From contig CAWFJP010000004.1 in NCBI GenBank assembly GCA_963816145.1, positions 524,377-588,376 of the forward strand: a DNA stretch of 64,000 nt. The letters are read 5' to 3'. Both the position numbers and the translations under genes were made by a program. The notes under the pieces were generated by a model. The model did no database searches and was not told the origin of the DNA. It saw nothing but the letters and a program-made list of their open reading frames with translations. Of this stretch, positions 49,614 to 60,421 are shown one piece after another. Source of the stretch: an uncultured delta proteobacterium (GTDB taxonomy: Bacteria > Desulfobacterota > Binatia > UBA9968). Numbering within the stretch: the first letter of the stretch is position 1; every line of letters starts with the position of its first letter.

Positions 49614-49770
49614 TTACGTCTCGACTTTCTTCGTCAGTTTCTCAATCTCCCGCCGCATACCTTCATCCGCTTTCATACGCCCGCTCAACCGGCCAATCAA
49701 AGTCCCCAGCGTCGCCGCGTCCCGCGCGAAATACCGCGCCACTTCGCTTAGAGTCGAACGATCAAGGTCA
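49614..49770 (-). pseudogene. Remnant resembling the DnaA-C-like HTH tail of a REP-associated tyrosine transposase
   Basis: TLSEVARYFARDAATLGTLIGRL...REIEKL; the stop overlaps the motif AAAGTCGAGACGTAAAAGTCTGACCCC. Confidence 0.55.
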
Positions 49771-49933
49771 AATCTGTGTCTTTGATCTTCATCCAGCTTC
49801 AATCTACGAAATATCAAAAGTAAAGATGCGACTCTAATTGCCTGCTCTTGACTACCGCGGACAGGCAAAGGAGAATGCCCGCGCTGGAGCAAAGAGCCGG
49901 CAAACTATCTTCTCATGAGCTGAGGGAGCGGGT

Positions 49934-51124
49934 ATGAGGGACAACATGCGCGGCGCGGCCGCTATCGTCGGGATTGGCGAGCTGAAGCCAGAGCGGACGC
50001 GGCCGGGCCGCGATGCGATGAGCTTGCTGGCTGAGGCGGCGTATCTTGCGATTCAAGATGCTGGGCTGACAAAAGCGGACATCGACGGGATGATCCTGGA
50101 AGAGGGCATGACCCCGACCGGGAGCGGCTACAACCCGAAGATGGCCGAATACATGGGCATCTACCCAACCTTCGCCACCGGCTGTGATGCGCAAGGCGCG
50201 GCCGGAGTCACGATGGCGCTGCAGGCGGCTGCCTACATCAACGCGGGCTTGTGTGACTACGTGCTCTGCGGCATGAGTGCCGCGATAGACGGCTCGCGGC
50301 CCCGACGCCCAGCTGGGCCAGGTCACACCGAGACGGCTACCTCTGAGTTCGCCGCACCCTTCGGCCCGACCGTGGGGGCGAACGGCTGGTACGCCATGAT
50401 TGCCAAGCGCTACGAGAAGCTGTACGGCGCTACCGTGGAGAAGCGCGCCAAGATCAGCGTGGACCTGCGCTACAACGCCAACCACAATCCGATGGCCATC
50501 TGGCACGACGTGCCGATTACGGTCGACGACGTGGTTAACTCGCGCATCGTGGCAGATCCACTTCATTTATTGGAATGCGTCATGCCCTGCGCCGGGGCTT
50601 GCGCGTTCATCGTGACCCGGGCGGACATCGCGCGAGGTATGCGCCATAAGCCAGCCTACGTGCTCGGCGGCGCCAACGGCGTGTCGCGCAGCAACCTCAC
50701 GCACGTCGGCGAGATCACCATCTCCCCAGTGGGTCGGGCCGCGCGAAAAGCGTTCGCCATGTCGGGCTACGGCCCGTCCGATGTCCAGGTTATGGAGATT
50801 TACGACTCATTCACCATCACCGTGATGTGTGAGCTGGAAGAGTCCGGCTTCTGCCCGAAGGGCACCGCTGGCGACTGGGTTCAGGAGCACGATTTGACCT
50901 TTAAAGGCGATAAGCCACTGAACACGCATGGCGGTCAGCTCTCCTATGGCCAGGCGTCAACCGCGGGTGGCTGTGCCCAGGTCACCGAGGCGGTGCGCCA
51001 GATCCGTCGCGACGCCGGCGAGCACCAGGTACCGGGTCCTACCGATTTGGTCTACGTGACAGGCTCCGGCGGCACCTTCTCCCAGCAGTCGGCGCTGCTG
51101 CTAGCGAGCGGCGCAGCACTGTAG
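49934..51124 (+). CDS. Thiolase-fold protein (SCP-x/Ltp2-like)
   Basis: AAIVGIGE, IVADPLHLLEC, EIYDSFT, LNTHGGQLS, EAVRQIR; paired with a DUF35 gene. Confidence 0.87.
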   Translation: MRDNMRGAAAIVGIGELKPERTRPGRDAMSLLAEAAYLAIQDAGLTKADIDGMILEEGMTPTGSGYNPKMAEYMGIYPTFATGCDAQGAAGVTMALQAAAYINAGLCDYVLCGMSAAIDGSRPRRPAGPGHTETATSEFAAPFGPTVGANGWYAMIAKRYEKLYGATVEKRAKISVDLRYNANHNPMAIWHDVPITVDDVVNSRIVADPLHLLECVMPCAGACAFIVTRADIARGMRHKPAYVLGGANGVSRSNLTHVGEITISPVGRAARKAFAMSGYGPSDVQVMEIYDSFTITVMCELEESGFCPKGTAGDWVQEHDLTFKGDKPLNTHGGQLSYGQASTAGGCAQVTEAVRQIRRDAGEHQVPGPTDLVYVTGSGGTFSQQSALLLASGAAL

Positions 51125-51204
51125 GGCCGCACTCCTGTCATGCTGAGCCCGCGGGCGAAGCATCCGTAAACCCGAAAAGCCCCAAACACGAAGGAGTCAC
51201 CGAG

Positions 51205-51636
51205 ATGGCCACTACGAGCGAGTACAAGAAGCCTCTTCCTACCCCATCCCACGTCAGCCAGCCATTCTGGGATGCTGCGAAGGAACATCGCCTCACCTAC
51301 CAACGCTGCACCGCATGTGGAACCCGGGTTTTCTACCCGCGCGACGTCTGCCCTGGGCCCGAGTGTTTCGGTGTTGGGACGTTGGAGTGGGTCGAGTCTA
51401 GCGGGAAGGGTTGGGTCTACGCTTCCTCGATCTCTTACCAGCCGGCCCACCCGGCGTTCGCTGACGACGTGCCCTACGTGCTCGCCATCATCGAGCTGGA
51501 CGAGGGCGTGCGCATGCACAGCAATGTGGTCGGGATCGATCCGAAAGAAGTCGAGATCGGCATGCGCGTCGAAGTCGTCTGGGACGACGTCACGCCCGAG
51601 TTCAGCCTACCGAAGTTCCGCCCAATCCAGAAGTAA
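51205..51636 (+). CDS. DUF35/ChsH2-type Zn-ribbon OB-fold protein
   Basis: PFWDAA, CTACG...YPRDVC, PYVLAIIELDEGVRM, IGMRVEV. Confidence 0.9.
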   Translation: MATTSEYKKPLPTPSHVSQPFWDAAKEHRLTYQRCTACGTRVFYPRDVCPGPECFGVGTLEWVESSGKGWVYASSISYQPAHPAFADDVPYVLAIIELDEGVRMHSNVVGIDPKEVEIGMRVEVVWDDVTPEFSLPKFRPIQK

Positions 51637-51649
51637 TAGCCCGTAAGGG

Positions 51650-52240
51650 TCATGTCTTGGGGTCAAGTTGAGCTAGCTCCAAGACTTCCATGATGTGGCT
51701 GTTCCACTTGATCCAGCCGAACAGTTGAACTCTGGTGCCCGCCGCCGGTAAGCCATTGCTTCGTGGTTGGCTGAAACGACACCACAGCTCTCGTTGTTCT
51801 TCCAACCCGACGCAAAAAAATCCAGTGTCAGGATAAATTTCCTTCAGTTCGCCCTCATAAGAGACCGCCAGGCCGAATCGGCGCCAGAGCAATTTGACAT
51901 AGAGGTCTGGCGCGTTATCGGCCGCCACCGGAGCGCCGCCGGCCGCATCTGTGTCGGTGGCTAACCAATAGCCTTGAATTCGATCGACTATGACCAAGGT
52001 CTCCCGCGGCAGACCGACGCCGTTGTACACTGATGCACCGGCAAAATTCAATTTTTTGAGATAGGCGACATCGTCAATCTGTTCGACGACCAGATCGAGG
52101 CTGCCGCGGCCGCGCCGTCCGGCCAGGAGGCGCAATCCGTCGAGCAGGGGTTCCGGCAATGGCGTATTGAAATAGGCGATCGTATGGTCGGCCGATTCCA
52201 ATCTGGCAACGAGGTCGCTTAGCGATATTCGCGGGTTCAT
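51650..52240 (-). CDS. Hypothetical protein
   Basis: Open frame from MNPRISLSD; no family motif recognised. Confidence 0.6.
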   Translation of the reverse strand: MNPRISLSDLVARLESADHTIAYFNTPLPEPLLDGLRLLAGRRGRGSLDLVVEQIDDVAYLKKLNFAGASVYNGVGLPRETLVIVDRIQGYWLATDTDAAGGAPVAADNAPDLYVKLLWRRFGLAVSYEGELKEIYPDTGFFCVGLEEQRELWCRFSQPRSNGLPAAGTRVQLFGWIKWNSHIMEVLELAQLDPKT

Positions 52241-52449
52241 CTTGGTTCGGTCTAATATTGCAATTGTAGCGGTCAGTTGAAACAACCTGTGAAGGAATTC
52301 AAGCCGCGCAGCGGCATCGACGCTCGCCAGCGCGGATAGTCGCTGCATGTCTATAAGGTCAGCAGAGGGGGCAGACTTTTGTATCTCAACTTTTTGACAA
52401 CTGTTGTGATTTGAAAGTGACCCGATTAGTCTCGTTTGAACGAAGAAAG

Positions 52450-52771
52450 GGCGACATCGTCAATCTCTTCGACAACCAGATCGAGGCTGCCGCGGCCGCG
52501 CCGTCCGGCCAGGAGGCGCAATCCGTCGAGCAGGGGTTCCGGCAATGGCGTATTGAAATAGGCGATCGTATGGTCAGCCGATTCCAATCTGGCAACGAGG
52601 TCGCTGAGCGATATTCGCGGGTTCATCTTGGTTCGGTCTAATATTGCAATTGTAGCGGTCAGTTGAAACAACCTGTGAAGGAATTCAAGCCGCGCAGCGG
52701 CATCGACGCTCGCCAGCGCGGATAGTCGCTGCATGTCTATAAGGTCAGCAGAGGGGGCAGACTTTTGTATC
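52450..52771. repeat. 322-bp tandem duplicate of 52064-52385
   Basis: Direct sequence match with a few substitutions; creates a truncated copy of the 51650-52240 gene. Confidence 0.92.
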
Positions 52772-53051
52772 GTTTCAGCGCTCGACTAATTCGACGCCAA
52801 TCATGAGCGTTGACGATTCGATTAACACGAATGAAAGTGTCTCGGCGCTGTCCGATTTCGTCATGTCCAAGTAAGTTTATGCGCAGAACCCGTTTGTTAT
52901 TTCGATGAGTGTGGAGAATTCCAGTAATAAGGGCCCCGTTTCGTCGAAATTGGTCTATAATGTCATATGATCAGTTTGGCATTCGTTTTGCGGTGCGTTA
53001 CTGGCGAAACTCTTCCGGAAGTAGAATCGAGATGACCATTCGGACAAGCCT

Positions 53052-53711
53052 ATGACTAAAGAACCTCCAATAGGAATACTTCTCGGTCTGGCATTGAGCA
53101 TTATCATGGCAATCATCGTATGGTTTTCGGGATTACTCGCACCGGAAACCGAATGGAAGGTTACCGACACTCTTAAAAGAGGAGGGCCTTACGTTAACCA
53201 GCTCACGACCACGGTGACAGAAAGTGGGACCTATCGGAGCCTCGAAAAAGCCGCCAACGTAATCAAAGACACCAGCTCCACTATTCTCCAATCTTTCAAT
53301 TCGCAGGAAAGCCCACTACCCGCAGTTGAAATCGATAAGTGGCGCCGCCACGCAGTGGCGCTAGGCGTTAGAAACCCCGATATTCAAGCAATCAGTCTTG
53401 TTCCCAAGCAACAGTTTTCGTCGGTCACCGAAATCAAAGGCAAACGCAGGGTTAAAATACAAGGCACAATAGTAAGTATCGCGCAGGAGAGACTTGTCGT
53501 CGAGATAGAAGCCTGGACTGATGGTGAGAAAACTCTGGCGGAGAGTTCCTACGTTATTGAACCGCTTAGTCCAGGAAAGGTATTCGATCTGATGAAGCAT
53601 TCACGCATTAAGGGTGTCTCCGCAATAAGGCTTGCCATTCTCTCGCGTCCTGCCAACGACCGGTTAATCATCGCACTGGACGGTCTTGGGGCGCCGAACA
53701 AGGCGTCATAG
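53052..53711 (+). CDS. Hypothetical membrane-anchored protein
   Basis: 219-aa ORF with one N-terminal hydrophobic helix; lower GC than the flanks. Confidence 0.6.
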   Translation: MTKEPPIGILLGLALSIIMAIIVWFSGLLAPETEWKVTDTLKRGGPYVNQLTTTVTESGTYRSLEKAANVIKDTSSTILQSFNSQESPLPAVEIDKWRRHAVALGVRNPDIQAISLVPKQQFSSVTEIKGKRRVKIQGTIVSIAQERLVVEIEAWTDGEKTLAESSYVIEPLSPGKVFDLMKHSRIKGVSAIRLAILSRPANDRLIIALDGLGAPNKAS

Positions 53712-53911
53712 TCCAACGTTCGGCAAAACTCGCAGTATCGCGCATAGTGATTTGGGCTCGCCGCCACGGTCGGACCGCGGCAACTTCTGGCAAGCAGGAA
53801 ACGGAAAGTTGGCGCAGGTTTCTTGTGTTGGATTTTGCGAGACCTCAATAGCGTCAACAAGAGGCTCAGCGGCCTGAGGGCTTCCGAGAAAATCTTCTCG
53901 CGAAGACAATC

Positions 53912-54409
53912 TTAAGGGCTCTCTCCGCTTTTGCCGGCTTCGTAACCTTCCTGATAACCGCGCTGCTTTCCTTCTTCGTAGCGATCCTTATCGTGTTCCT
54001 TCTGGGCTTGCTCATATCCCTGAGCGTACCCTTCCGCGTACCCGCGATCGTATGCGTCGGCGGGAGGCGGCGGGGGTGATGTAGAGTATGACCGTGCGGA
54101 ATAGCTCATATACGGAGTCGTATGGCCTCCGTAAGAATAAAGCGAATAGGAATACGGATACGAATAGGAGTAGTACGGACGCGAGTAATACGGATAGCCG
54201 TACGGGTACGGGAAAAAAGCTCCGGGGAATATACCTCTATGAGGAAATCCCGGTCGGACCACTACAATCGGCCGAGGATAAAAAGCACCACGCGAAAAGC
54301 CGGGACGTGCGACAAATCCAGAGCGGATAGCGACACCTCTACCTTGCGCCGCGGCGATCGATGGGCCGGAAATGACAATCAAGGCAAGCAGCATGATCAT
54401 GGTTTTCAT
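53912..54409 (-). CDS. Hypothetical secreted Tyr/Pro-rich protein
   Basis: GGGAG RBS, signal peptide, low-complexity YPY region and GYxxGY repeats. Confidence 0.65.
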   Translation of the reverse strand: MKTMIMLLALIVISGPSIAAAQGRGVAIRSGFVARPGFSRGAFYPRPIVVVRPGFPHRGIFPGAFFPYPYGYPYYSRPYYSYSYPYSYSLYSYGGHTTPYMSYSARSYSTSPPPPPADAYDRGYAEGYAQGYEQAQKEHDKDRYEEGKQRGYQEGYEAGKSGESP

Positions 54410-54515
54410 AGCGTTCTCCCACTATAAATTTAGACCTGTCTGCTCCTGTTCGCGGTTATTTTTCATCACATAGCTCGGGCGAAAACAAGAGATGCGGATT
54501 CGAACACAACTCAAT

Positions 54516-54681
54516 CTAAACAGCTTGCGCCAACTTCTCCAATTTGCGCCGCATCTCGGGTTGCTTCTCCACTTTACCATTGTACCGACTCAGCGTCGCA
54601 CTGATCGTCGTGGCGTCGCGGCCGAAATACCCCGCCACGTCTTTTACCGCATAGCAGCGTATAGCAGTGGTCAAGCGCATA
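54516..54681 (-). pseudogene. Second RAYT-like HTH-tail remnant
   Basis: AVKDVAGYFGRDATTISATLSRY...RRKLEKL, homologous to the 49614 remnant; fused in frame to the third repeat copy. Confidence 0.55.
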
Positions 54682-54925
54682 GCAACGAGGTCGCTTAGCG
54701 ATATTCGCGGGTTCATCTTGGTTCGGTCTAATATTGCAATTGTAGCGGTCAGTTGAAACAACCTGTGAAGGAATTCAAGCCGCGCAGCGGCATCGACGCT
54801 CGCCAGCGCGGATAGTCGCTGCATGTCTATAAGGTCAGCAGAGGGGGCAGACTTTTGTATCTCAACTTTTTGACAACTGTTGTGATTTGAAAGTGACCCG
54901 ATTAGTCTCGTTTGAACGAAGAAAG
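54682..54925. repeat. 244-bp third copy, matching 52206-52449
   Basis: Direct sequence match; continues into the intact right motif AAAGTCTAGATGTGAAAGTCTGAGCC (54922-54947). Confidence 0.92.
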
Positions 54926-54961
54926 TCTAGATGTGAAAGTCTGAGCCTAGCTCCTGGCCCC

Positions 54962-56900
54962 ATGAAATTAGGTCGTTTAAGAATTTCAAAGTTTCAGTCT
55001 TTCGGTCCCGAGCCGAACTGAAATTTCTTTGGATGACATGACTTTTCTTATTGGTCCTAACGGATCAGGCAAAACGGCGATTCTCCATGCGCTTTGCAGA
55101 TTGTTCGCCTTTGATCCAGGACTCAGACGAGTACAACGATCAGATTTCCATGTTCCCTTAAATGAAGAGAAACCGCACCGGAAGAACGCACGTTCTGGCT
55201 TGAAGCCGACTTTATTTTTCCGGAGCTTAGGGACGCACAGAGGCAGCACCCGACAATTCCTCCGTACTTTGGTCATATGCGGCTGGATGACGTTAATGGA
55301 GTGCCACGTGTCCGTTTTCGATTCGACGCCAATCTCGATGCAGGCGGCGAAATCGAAGAGAGTTTGAACTATGTTTTGGATGTTGATGCGACAGGTCAAG
55401 CTTTAATCAAACATACTGTGCCGCGGTCGGAGAGGAGTAGTATTCAAGTTCACTATCTCCCGGCGCGCCGCGATCCGTCCGACCATGTCGCGTACACTGC
55501 AAATTCGTTGCTGGGACGATGCTTCGATCAGCAAACTGGCAAACAGAACGAGAAACTATCAAAGACCTTACAGGTCAAATCAGCGATGCTCTTGCCGGAA
55601 ATAGCGCTGTCGGAATCACTTGGCATAAAGCTTTCAGCGCTGTGGCTCATGCTGCACAAGGGATCGTTCTTTCGCCACCCTCACGTAACTTTCATGAACA
55701 GCGAAATCGAAGCCTTGCTCCGTCATCTATCGATTTCCTTTTCTCCCGCGCATGGCGAGGAGCATGTAGACTTCTCGCGTCTGAGCGACGGGCAGAAATC
55801 CATGCTCTATCTGTCTTTGGTGCTTTCAATACAGGGCATCGGACGTGCGGTGCTCAGCGGCGAGAACGAATCTTTCGACGTGGAAAAACTGATGCCCGCA
55901 GTTTTTACAATCGTCGCAATGGAGGAGCCGGAGAACAGTCTCTCACCGCACTACCTGGGGCGTATTGTTCAAGCGCTGGACAACTCTGGGAAAGCAGGAC
56001 GATGCTCAGGCTTTGATAGCCACACACGCGCCGTCGATGCTCAGGCGTGTGGCTCCGGAGTCCATTCGCTATCTGTGTCTCGACGATTTGCGCCAAACGC
56101 AGGTTTCGACGATCGTGATGCCCGCGCAGGCAGACGAGGCCCACAAGTTTGTCAGGGAGGCGGTGCAAGCCTTTCCCGAGCTCTATTTTTCCCGAGTGGT
56201 TGTGCTTGGTGAAGGAGACAGCGAAGAGATCGCCCTCCGCGGCTCCTGAAGGCCAAGGGTCTCGCCACAGACGAAGGCGCAATCTCGGTAGTACCGCTCG
56301 GCGGGCGACACGTCAATCATTTCTGGCGATTGCTCACCGCGCTGAAAATTCCGTTTGTCACCCTTTTGGACCTTGACCTGGCACGGCACCAGGGAGGGTG
56401 GGGTCGCGTCCGATATGCTGCCATTCAACTTCTGAGGTTCGCGCCGACGACATGCGGCATCGTTCAAACAGACATCGATTCTTTTCCCGCATGGAATGGT
56501 GCGAGAGGACTTGCTTGAGGTGAATAGTGCCAATGGCTGGCTTTCCTATCTGGAAGAGACAGGGAATGTTTTTTCTCATCACCCCTGGATCTTGATTTTG
56601 CGATGCTCAAGAGCTTTCCCGGCGCATTCGGAACCGATCCCGTCGATCAAATCATTCCGCCAGAGACGACGATTAAAGCCGTTTTGGGAGAGAGCTATCA
56701 CGGTGTAGATCAATACTCGACTAGAGAAAAAAAACTGTTCATCACGTACCACAAGCGGTTCAAGTTGGAAAGCAAACCAGCGGCCCATTTGAATGCGCTG
56801 GCGCAACTAATGACGACGAACTGCCTCGCGAAATGCCCGAGTCCTTCGAGCCGTCTCGTTGATGCGGTAGTTCGCAAAGCTTGAGGTGTTACCTGAGTGA
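54962..56900 (+). pseudogene. gajA: OLD-family ATPase-TOPRIM nuclease (Gabija GajA-like), multiple frameshifts
   Basis: LIGPNGSGKT, LSDGQKS, AMEEPENSLSPH, ATHAPS, VVLGEGDSEE, TLLDLD across consecutive frames. Confidence 0.75.
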
Positions 56901-58630
56901 TTCGTCCGGATGACTGGCGTCCCGCGGATGGGCTGATCCTTGAGCCTAATGCGCTCACCGCCGCCAAGGAACAAGCGCGTTGCCAGGCCTTAACCGCGGG
57001 ACCGGGAGCGGGAAAAACGGAGATGCTCGCGCAACGCGCGGATTTTTTGCTGCGTACAGGACTGTGTCGGTATCCGAAAGCGGATTCTGGCGATTTCCTT
57101 CAAAGTGGACGCGAGCCGGAATCTCAAGGAACGGGTCAAGCGTCGGTGCGGCGCATCCCTTGCCGGCCGTTTTGATAGCCACACGTTCCACGCCTTCGCG
57201 AAACGCATTATTGATCGCTTTCGTCCGGTGCTTACCGGTCGGACGCACTGGATGTTGGCTACAGCATCGGTCAACCAAGAGTAACGCGTCGTCAGATTAC
57301 ATTTAGCGACCTCGTACCACTCGCGATTCAGATTCTTCGGAGCTCTCCGATGGCGTGTAACGCGTTCGCCAGACGTACAGCGATGTTTTCCTGGATGAAT
57401 TCCAAGACTGCACCGACCAACAGTACGCATTGATAAAACTCGCATTCCAAGGCACAGCGATTCGTCTGACCGCGGTTGGCGACACCAAACAAAAAATTAT
57501 GGGCTGGGCGGGGGCGCTCGAAGGAATTTTCGTTACCTTTGCCCAGGACTTCAATGCGGTTCCGTTGAATCTGTATCGAAATTTCCGCTCGCAACCGAAG
57601 CTCTTGCGAATGCAAAACGAAATCATCAATGTTTTGGACCCGGCAGCCGTGATGCAGGACGAGTTGATCGTAGGCAATGACGGAATAATAGAAATACAGA
57701 ACTTTGGCACCAGTAGTGAGGAGGCCGCAGCTCTGGCTGATCAGATAGACAATTGGGTTATTACTGAGGGCGTTCCTTATTCGGAAATTGCCGTATTGGT
57801 TTCCAAACAGCCCCATTTGTATGCCGCACTGCTGATGGCAGAGTTAGAGCGCCGGCGGCTTCCATTTCGGGACGAGCAGCAATTGCAGGACTTATCCGCA
57901 GAGCCCGCAACCCAACTCATCGGTGGCTATCTCCTCTCGCTTTTTGGCGATCGTCGAACCCGATGCATATGCCCGACTCATGGCGCAGTTGACTGATTTC
58001 GCGTTTGATGAAGAGGGGCAGTCAAAGCAAAGAAGCGACTGGATTCGCTTTCTCAAAGTTGAAAAGACTAAACTTGCATCTTCACCACTTTCCAGTCGAA
58101 ACTTTGACCTCGTCTGGGCATACGCTACCGCGTTTCTGAATGAGCTTGGCAATGAGAGCCTGGTGTCGCTCTCGGCAGACTATGAATCAGGAGCCCGACT
58201 TGCTGAAGTTCTGGCAGACACAAGAAATCGCCTTCAGGAATTACTGACCGCTGAGCCCAACATTGTTAAGGGCCTCAGGCTACTCACGGGCGATTCCGCT
58301 GTTCGCATCATGACGATCCACAAGAGCAAAGGACTGGAATTCGACTCTGTGGTGATCCTGGGAGTCGAGAAGCAGGCTTTCTGGAGCAACCCCGATGACG
58401 AGCGATGCGCCTTTTTTGTCGGAGTATCGAGGGCAAAAAAGCGTCTTGTATTGACGCATGCGAACGAGCGGCCCGGCCAGAAGGATTTGGCGGCCAATGG
58501 CAGGTGGCACGGCAACCTCATCAAGAGTTCATCGGATATGCCAAGTCGTTTTCGACGCGTAGTACATCATTTGTCTGATGTGCCGATTGGTCCGGTACTG
58601 GAAACTTGGGTGTTCAGGCCTGAGTATTGA
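56897..58630 (+). pseudogene. gajB: UvrD-like helicase (Gabija GajB-like), multiple frameshifts
   Basis: AGPGAGKTE, FLDEFQD, AVGDTKQKI, NFRS, MTIHKSKGLEFD, VGVSRAK; GTGA overlap with the upstream gene. Confidence 0.75.
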
Positions 58631-58769
58631 CTATTCAGCTAATCGTTGCGGGATTTTCTTCTCGGTGAGTCTGATTGGTAAATAACTCAATACTCAGCCC
58701 TGCCCCATTACCCACGCTCACCCATCACGCTGAGACGGCGGTGGATTTGTCTTCAAGTAGAAAAGCAAA

Positions 58770-58799
58770 TTGACATCTCTTCCGGTCCTGCGCTATGTC
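58770..58799 (+). promoter_or_regulatory. Possible sigma70 promoter for the TPP-enzyme pair
   Basis: Perfect TTGACA, 18-bp spacer, weak -10 TATGTC. Confidence 0.3.
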
Positions 58800-58868
58800 T
58801 GCGCTGACTGGCATGGCCGCTGCCCGATGCATCGGCGGCGCCCGCTTTTCGCGATGCAAGGAGAATCG

Positions 58869-59381
58869 ATGGATGCCGAACCCGCACGATTGATCATTGA
58901 AGCGCTGAAGGAGGAGAAGATCGACATCTACGTCACGCTTCCGGAGGAACCCACGGTCTCTCTCACGCAAGCGGTGCAAGCCGATCCCTACTTTCAATGC
59001 GTGACGGTGGCCTCCGAGGATGGCGGTGTGGCGCTCACCGCCGGCGCGGCGATCGCGGGGCGTCGCGCGGTGTTCGTCACCGGCATTGCGGGCTTGTTGA
59101 AAGGCGGACTTGCGTTGATGCACATGGGGCCGCAGTACGGCATTCCGGTGTTCATCCTGGCCTCGTACCGCGGCGACTTCGGCGATCGCTCGGGCATCTC
59201 GGGCTCGAAGCTCCAGGTATTCCGCCAAGTGGGCGAGCCCTTCCTACAAGCGCTGCGCATTCCGTATCAGATCGTCGGCGAGCGGCGCACGCTCAAACGA
59301 ACGATACGCGATGCCTACTTCATGTGCCGCACCTCGGACATGCCCGCGGTGCTGCTCCTTACTGGCGAGGTGCTCTGGTGA
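58869..59381 (+). CDS. TPP-dependent decarboxylase alpha subunit (ComD/phosphonopyruvate decarboxylase-like)
   Basis: YVTLPE, VASEDGGVALTAGAAIAG, ASYRGDFG; AAGGAG RBS. Confidence 0.78.
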   Translation: MDAEPARLIIEALKEEKIDIYVTLPEEPTVSLTQAVQADPYFQCVTVASEDGGVALTAGAAIAGRRAVFVTGIAGLLKGGLALMHMGPQYGIPVFILASYRGDFGDRSGISGSKLQVFRQVGEPFLQALRIPYQIVGERRTLKRTIRDAYFMCRTSDMPAVLLLTGEVLW

Positions 59382-59965
59382 AACACTCTGCCTGCATGAA
59401 ATTGCTCTCCGATCTCATCGACGACGAGACCCTCACGATCACCAATTTGACCACGAACGCGCGCATGTGGTCGGCATTGCGCGGCGAGCGGCCGAGTTTC
59501 TACGGCCTCAACATGGGCCTGTGCCTGCCTTTTGCCGTCGGTGTCGCGCTCGCGTTTCCCAAGCGCCGCGTGGTCGCGATCGACGGCGATGGCAGTCTCA
59601 TCATAGAAACGAGCAGCCTCATCACCGCAGCCGACGTGCGCCCGGCAAATTTAACCGCGGTGGTGTTCGACAACGGCGTCTACGCCGGCATGGGCGAAAC
59701 GGCAACGGCACGGCGCACGGATCTCGCCAAGATGGCCGAAGGCGCCGGCATCGCGCACACCGCGACGCTGCGCACCATGGAGGAGTACGAAAAGGCCTTG
59801 CGCGCGGCGCTTGCAGCGGAGGAATTTCGCTTCCTCGTCGCCAAGGTTGAGCGCGACGATACCCTGCCTTTCACCGGCAACTACATCAAGCGTTCCGAGC
59901 GCGGCATGAAAGAGTCCTTCGTCGACGCGTTGAAGCGCCTGCCGGACTATCCGGGCGAACGCTAG
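59378..59965 (+). CDS. TPP-dependent decarboxylase beta subunit (ComE-like)
   Basis: TPP motif IDGDGSL...FDNGVY; GTGA overlap with the alpha gene. Confidence 0.82.
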   Translation: MKHSACMKLLSDLIDDETLTITNLTTNARMWSALRGERPSFYGLNMGLCLPFAVGVALAFPKRRVVAIDGDGSLIIETSSLITAADVRPANLTAVVFDNGVYAGMGETATARRTDLAKMAEGAGIAHTATLRTMEEYEKALRAALAAEEFRFLVAKVERDDTLPFTGNYIKRSERGMKESFVDALKRLPDYPGER

Positions 59966-60188
59966 GCTCTACAGCTCAGGAAGGTCTCGCGTGCAACTGC
60001 CGGTCGATCATCTCAAACACGTCATGGCCCCGGGACAAATGGCTTCGGGTATCTGGTGCAACCCATGCAGTGAATTCGCCATGGAAGTCGTGATGGGCGC
60101 GGATTTGGACAATCAGCTAGGGTACGTTGTTGACTAGCTGGACAAACTCGCTTGAAAGGGGCAGGCGAGGAGGGCGATTCCCCCAGTC

Positions 60189-60421
60189 CTAGCTCGCCTT
60201 TTTCATCTCGCTGGCCAAGATCTCGTTGACGAGCGATTGATAGGGCAGCCCTTTTTTTCAGCGGCCTTGTGCAGCCACCCTAAAACCTTCGCATCCAAAC
60301 GTATCGCGATCAGTTTTCTTGGTTCGTCACCGACCGTGGGCCGACCGACCCGACGCATGGCGGATAATTGCCGATCGGAAAGTTCTGGAATATCGGAATA
60401 GTCAATCTTCCCCGGCTTCAT
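60189..60421 (-). CDS. BrnA-like antitoxin (RHH), frameshift in a homopolymer near 60255
   Basis: IDYSDIPELS...GRP...IAIRLD..VL.W, then LPYQSLVNEIL in the next frame. Confidence 0.75.

Noticed and set aside
52240-52348. Three-member gene family starting MQRLSALASVDAAARLEF
   Set aside because: The shared N-terminus results from the DNA triplication; only the 51650-52240 copy is a plausible complete gene.
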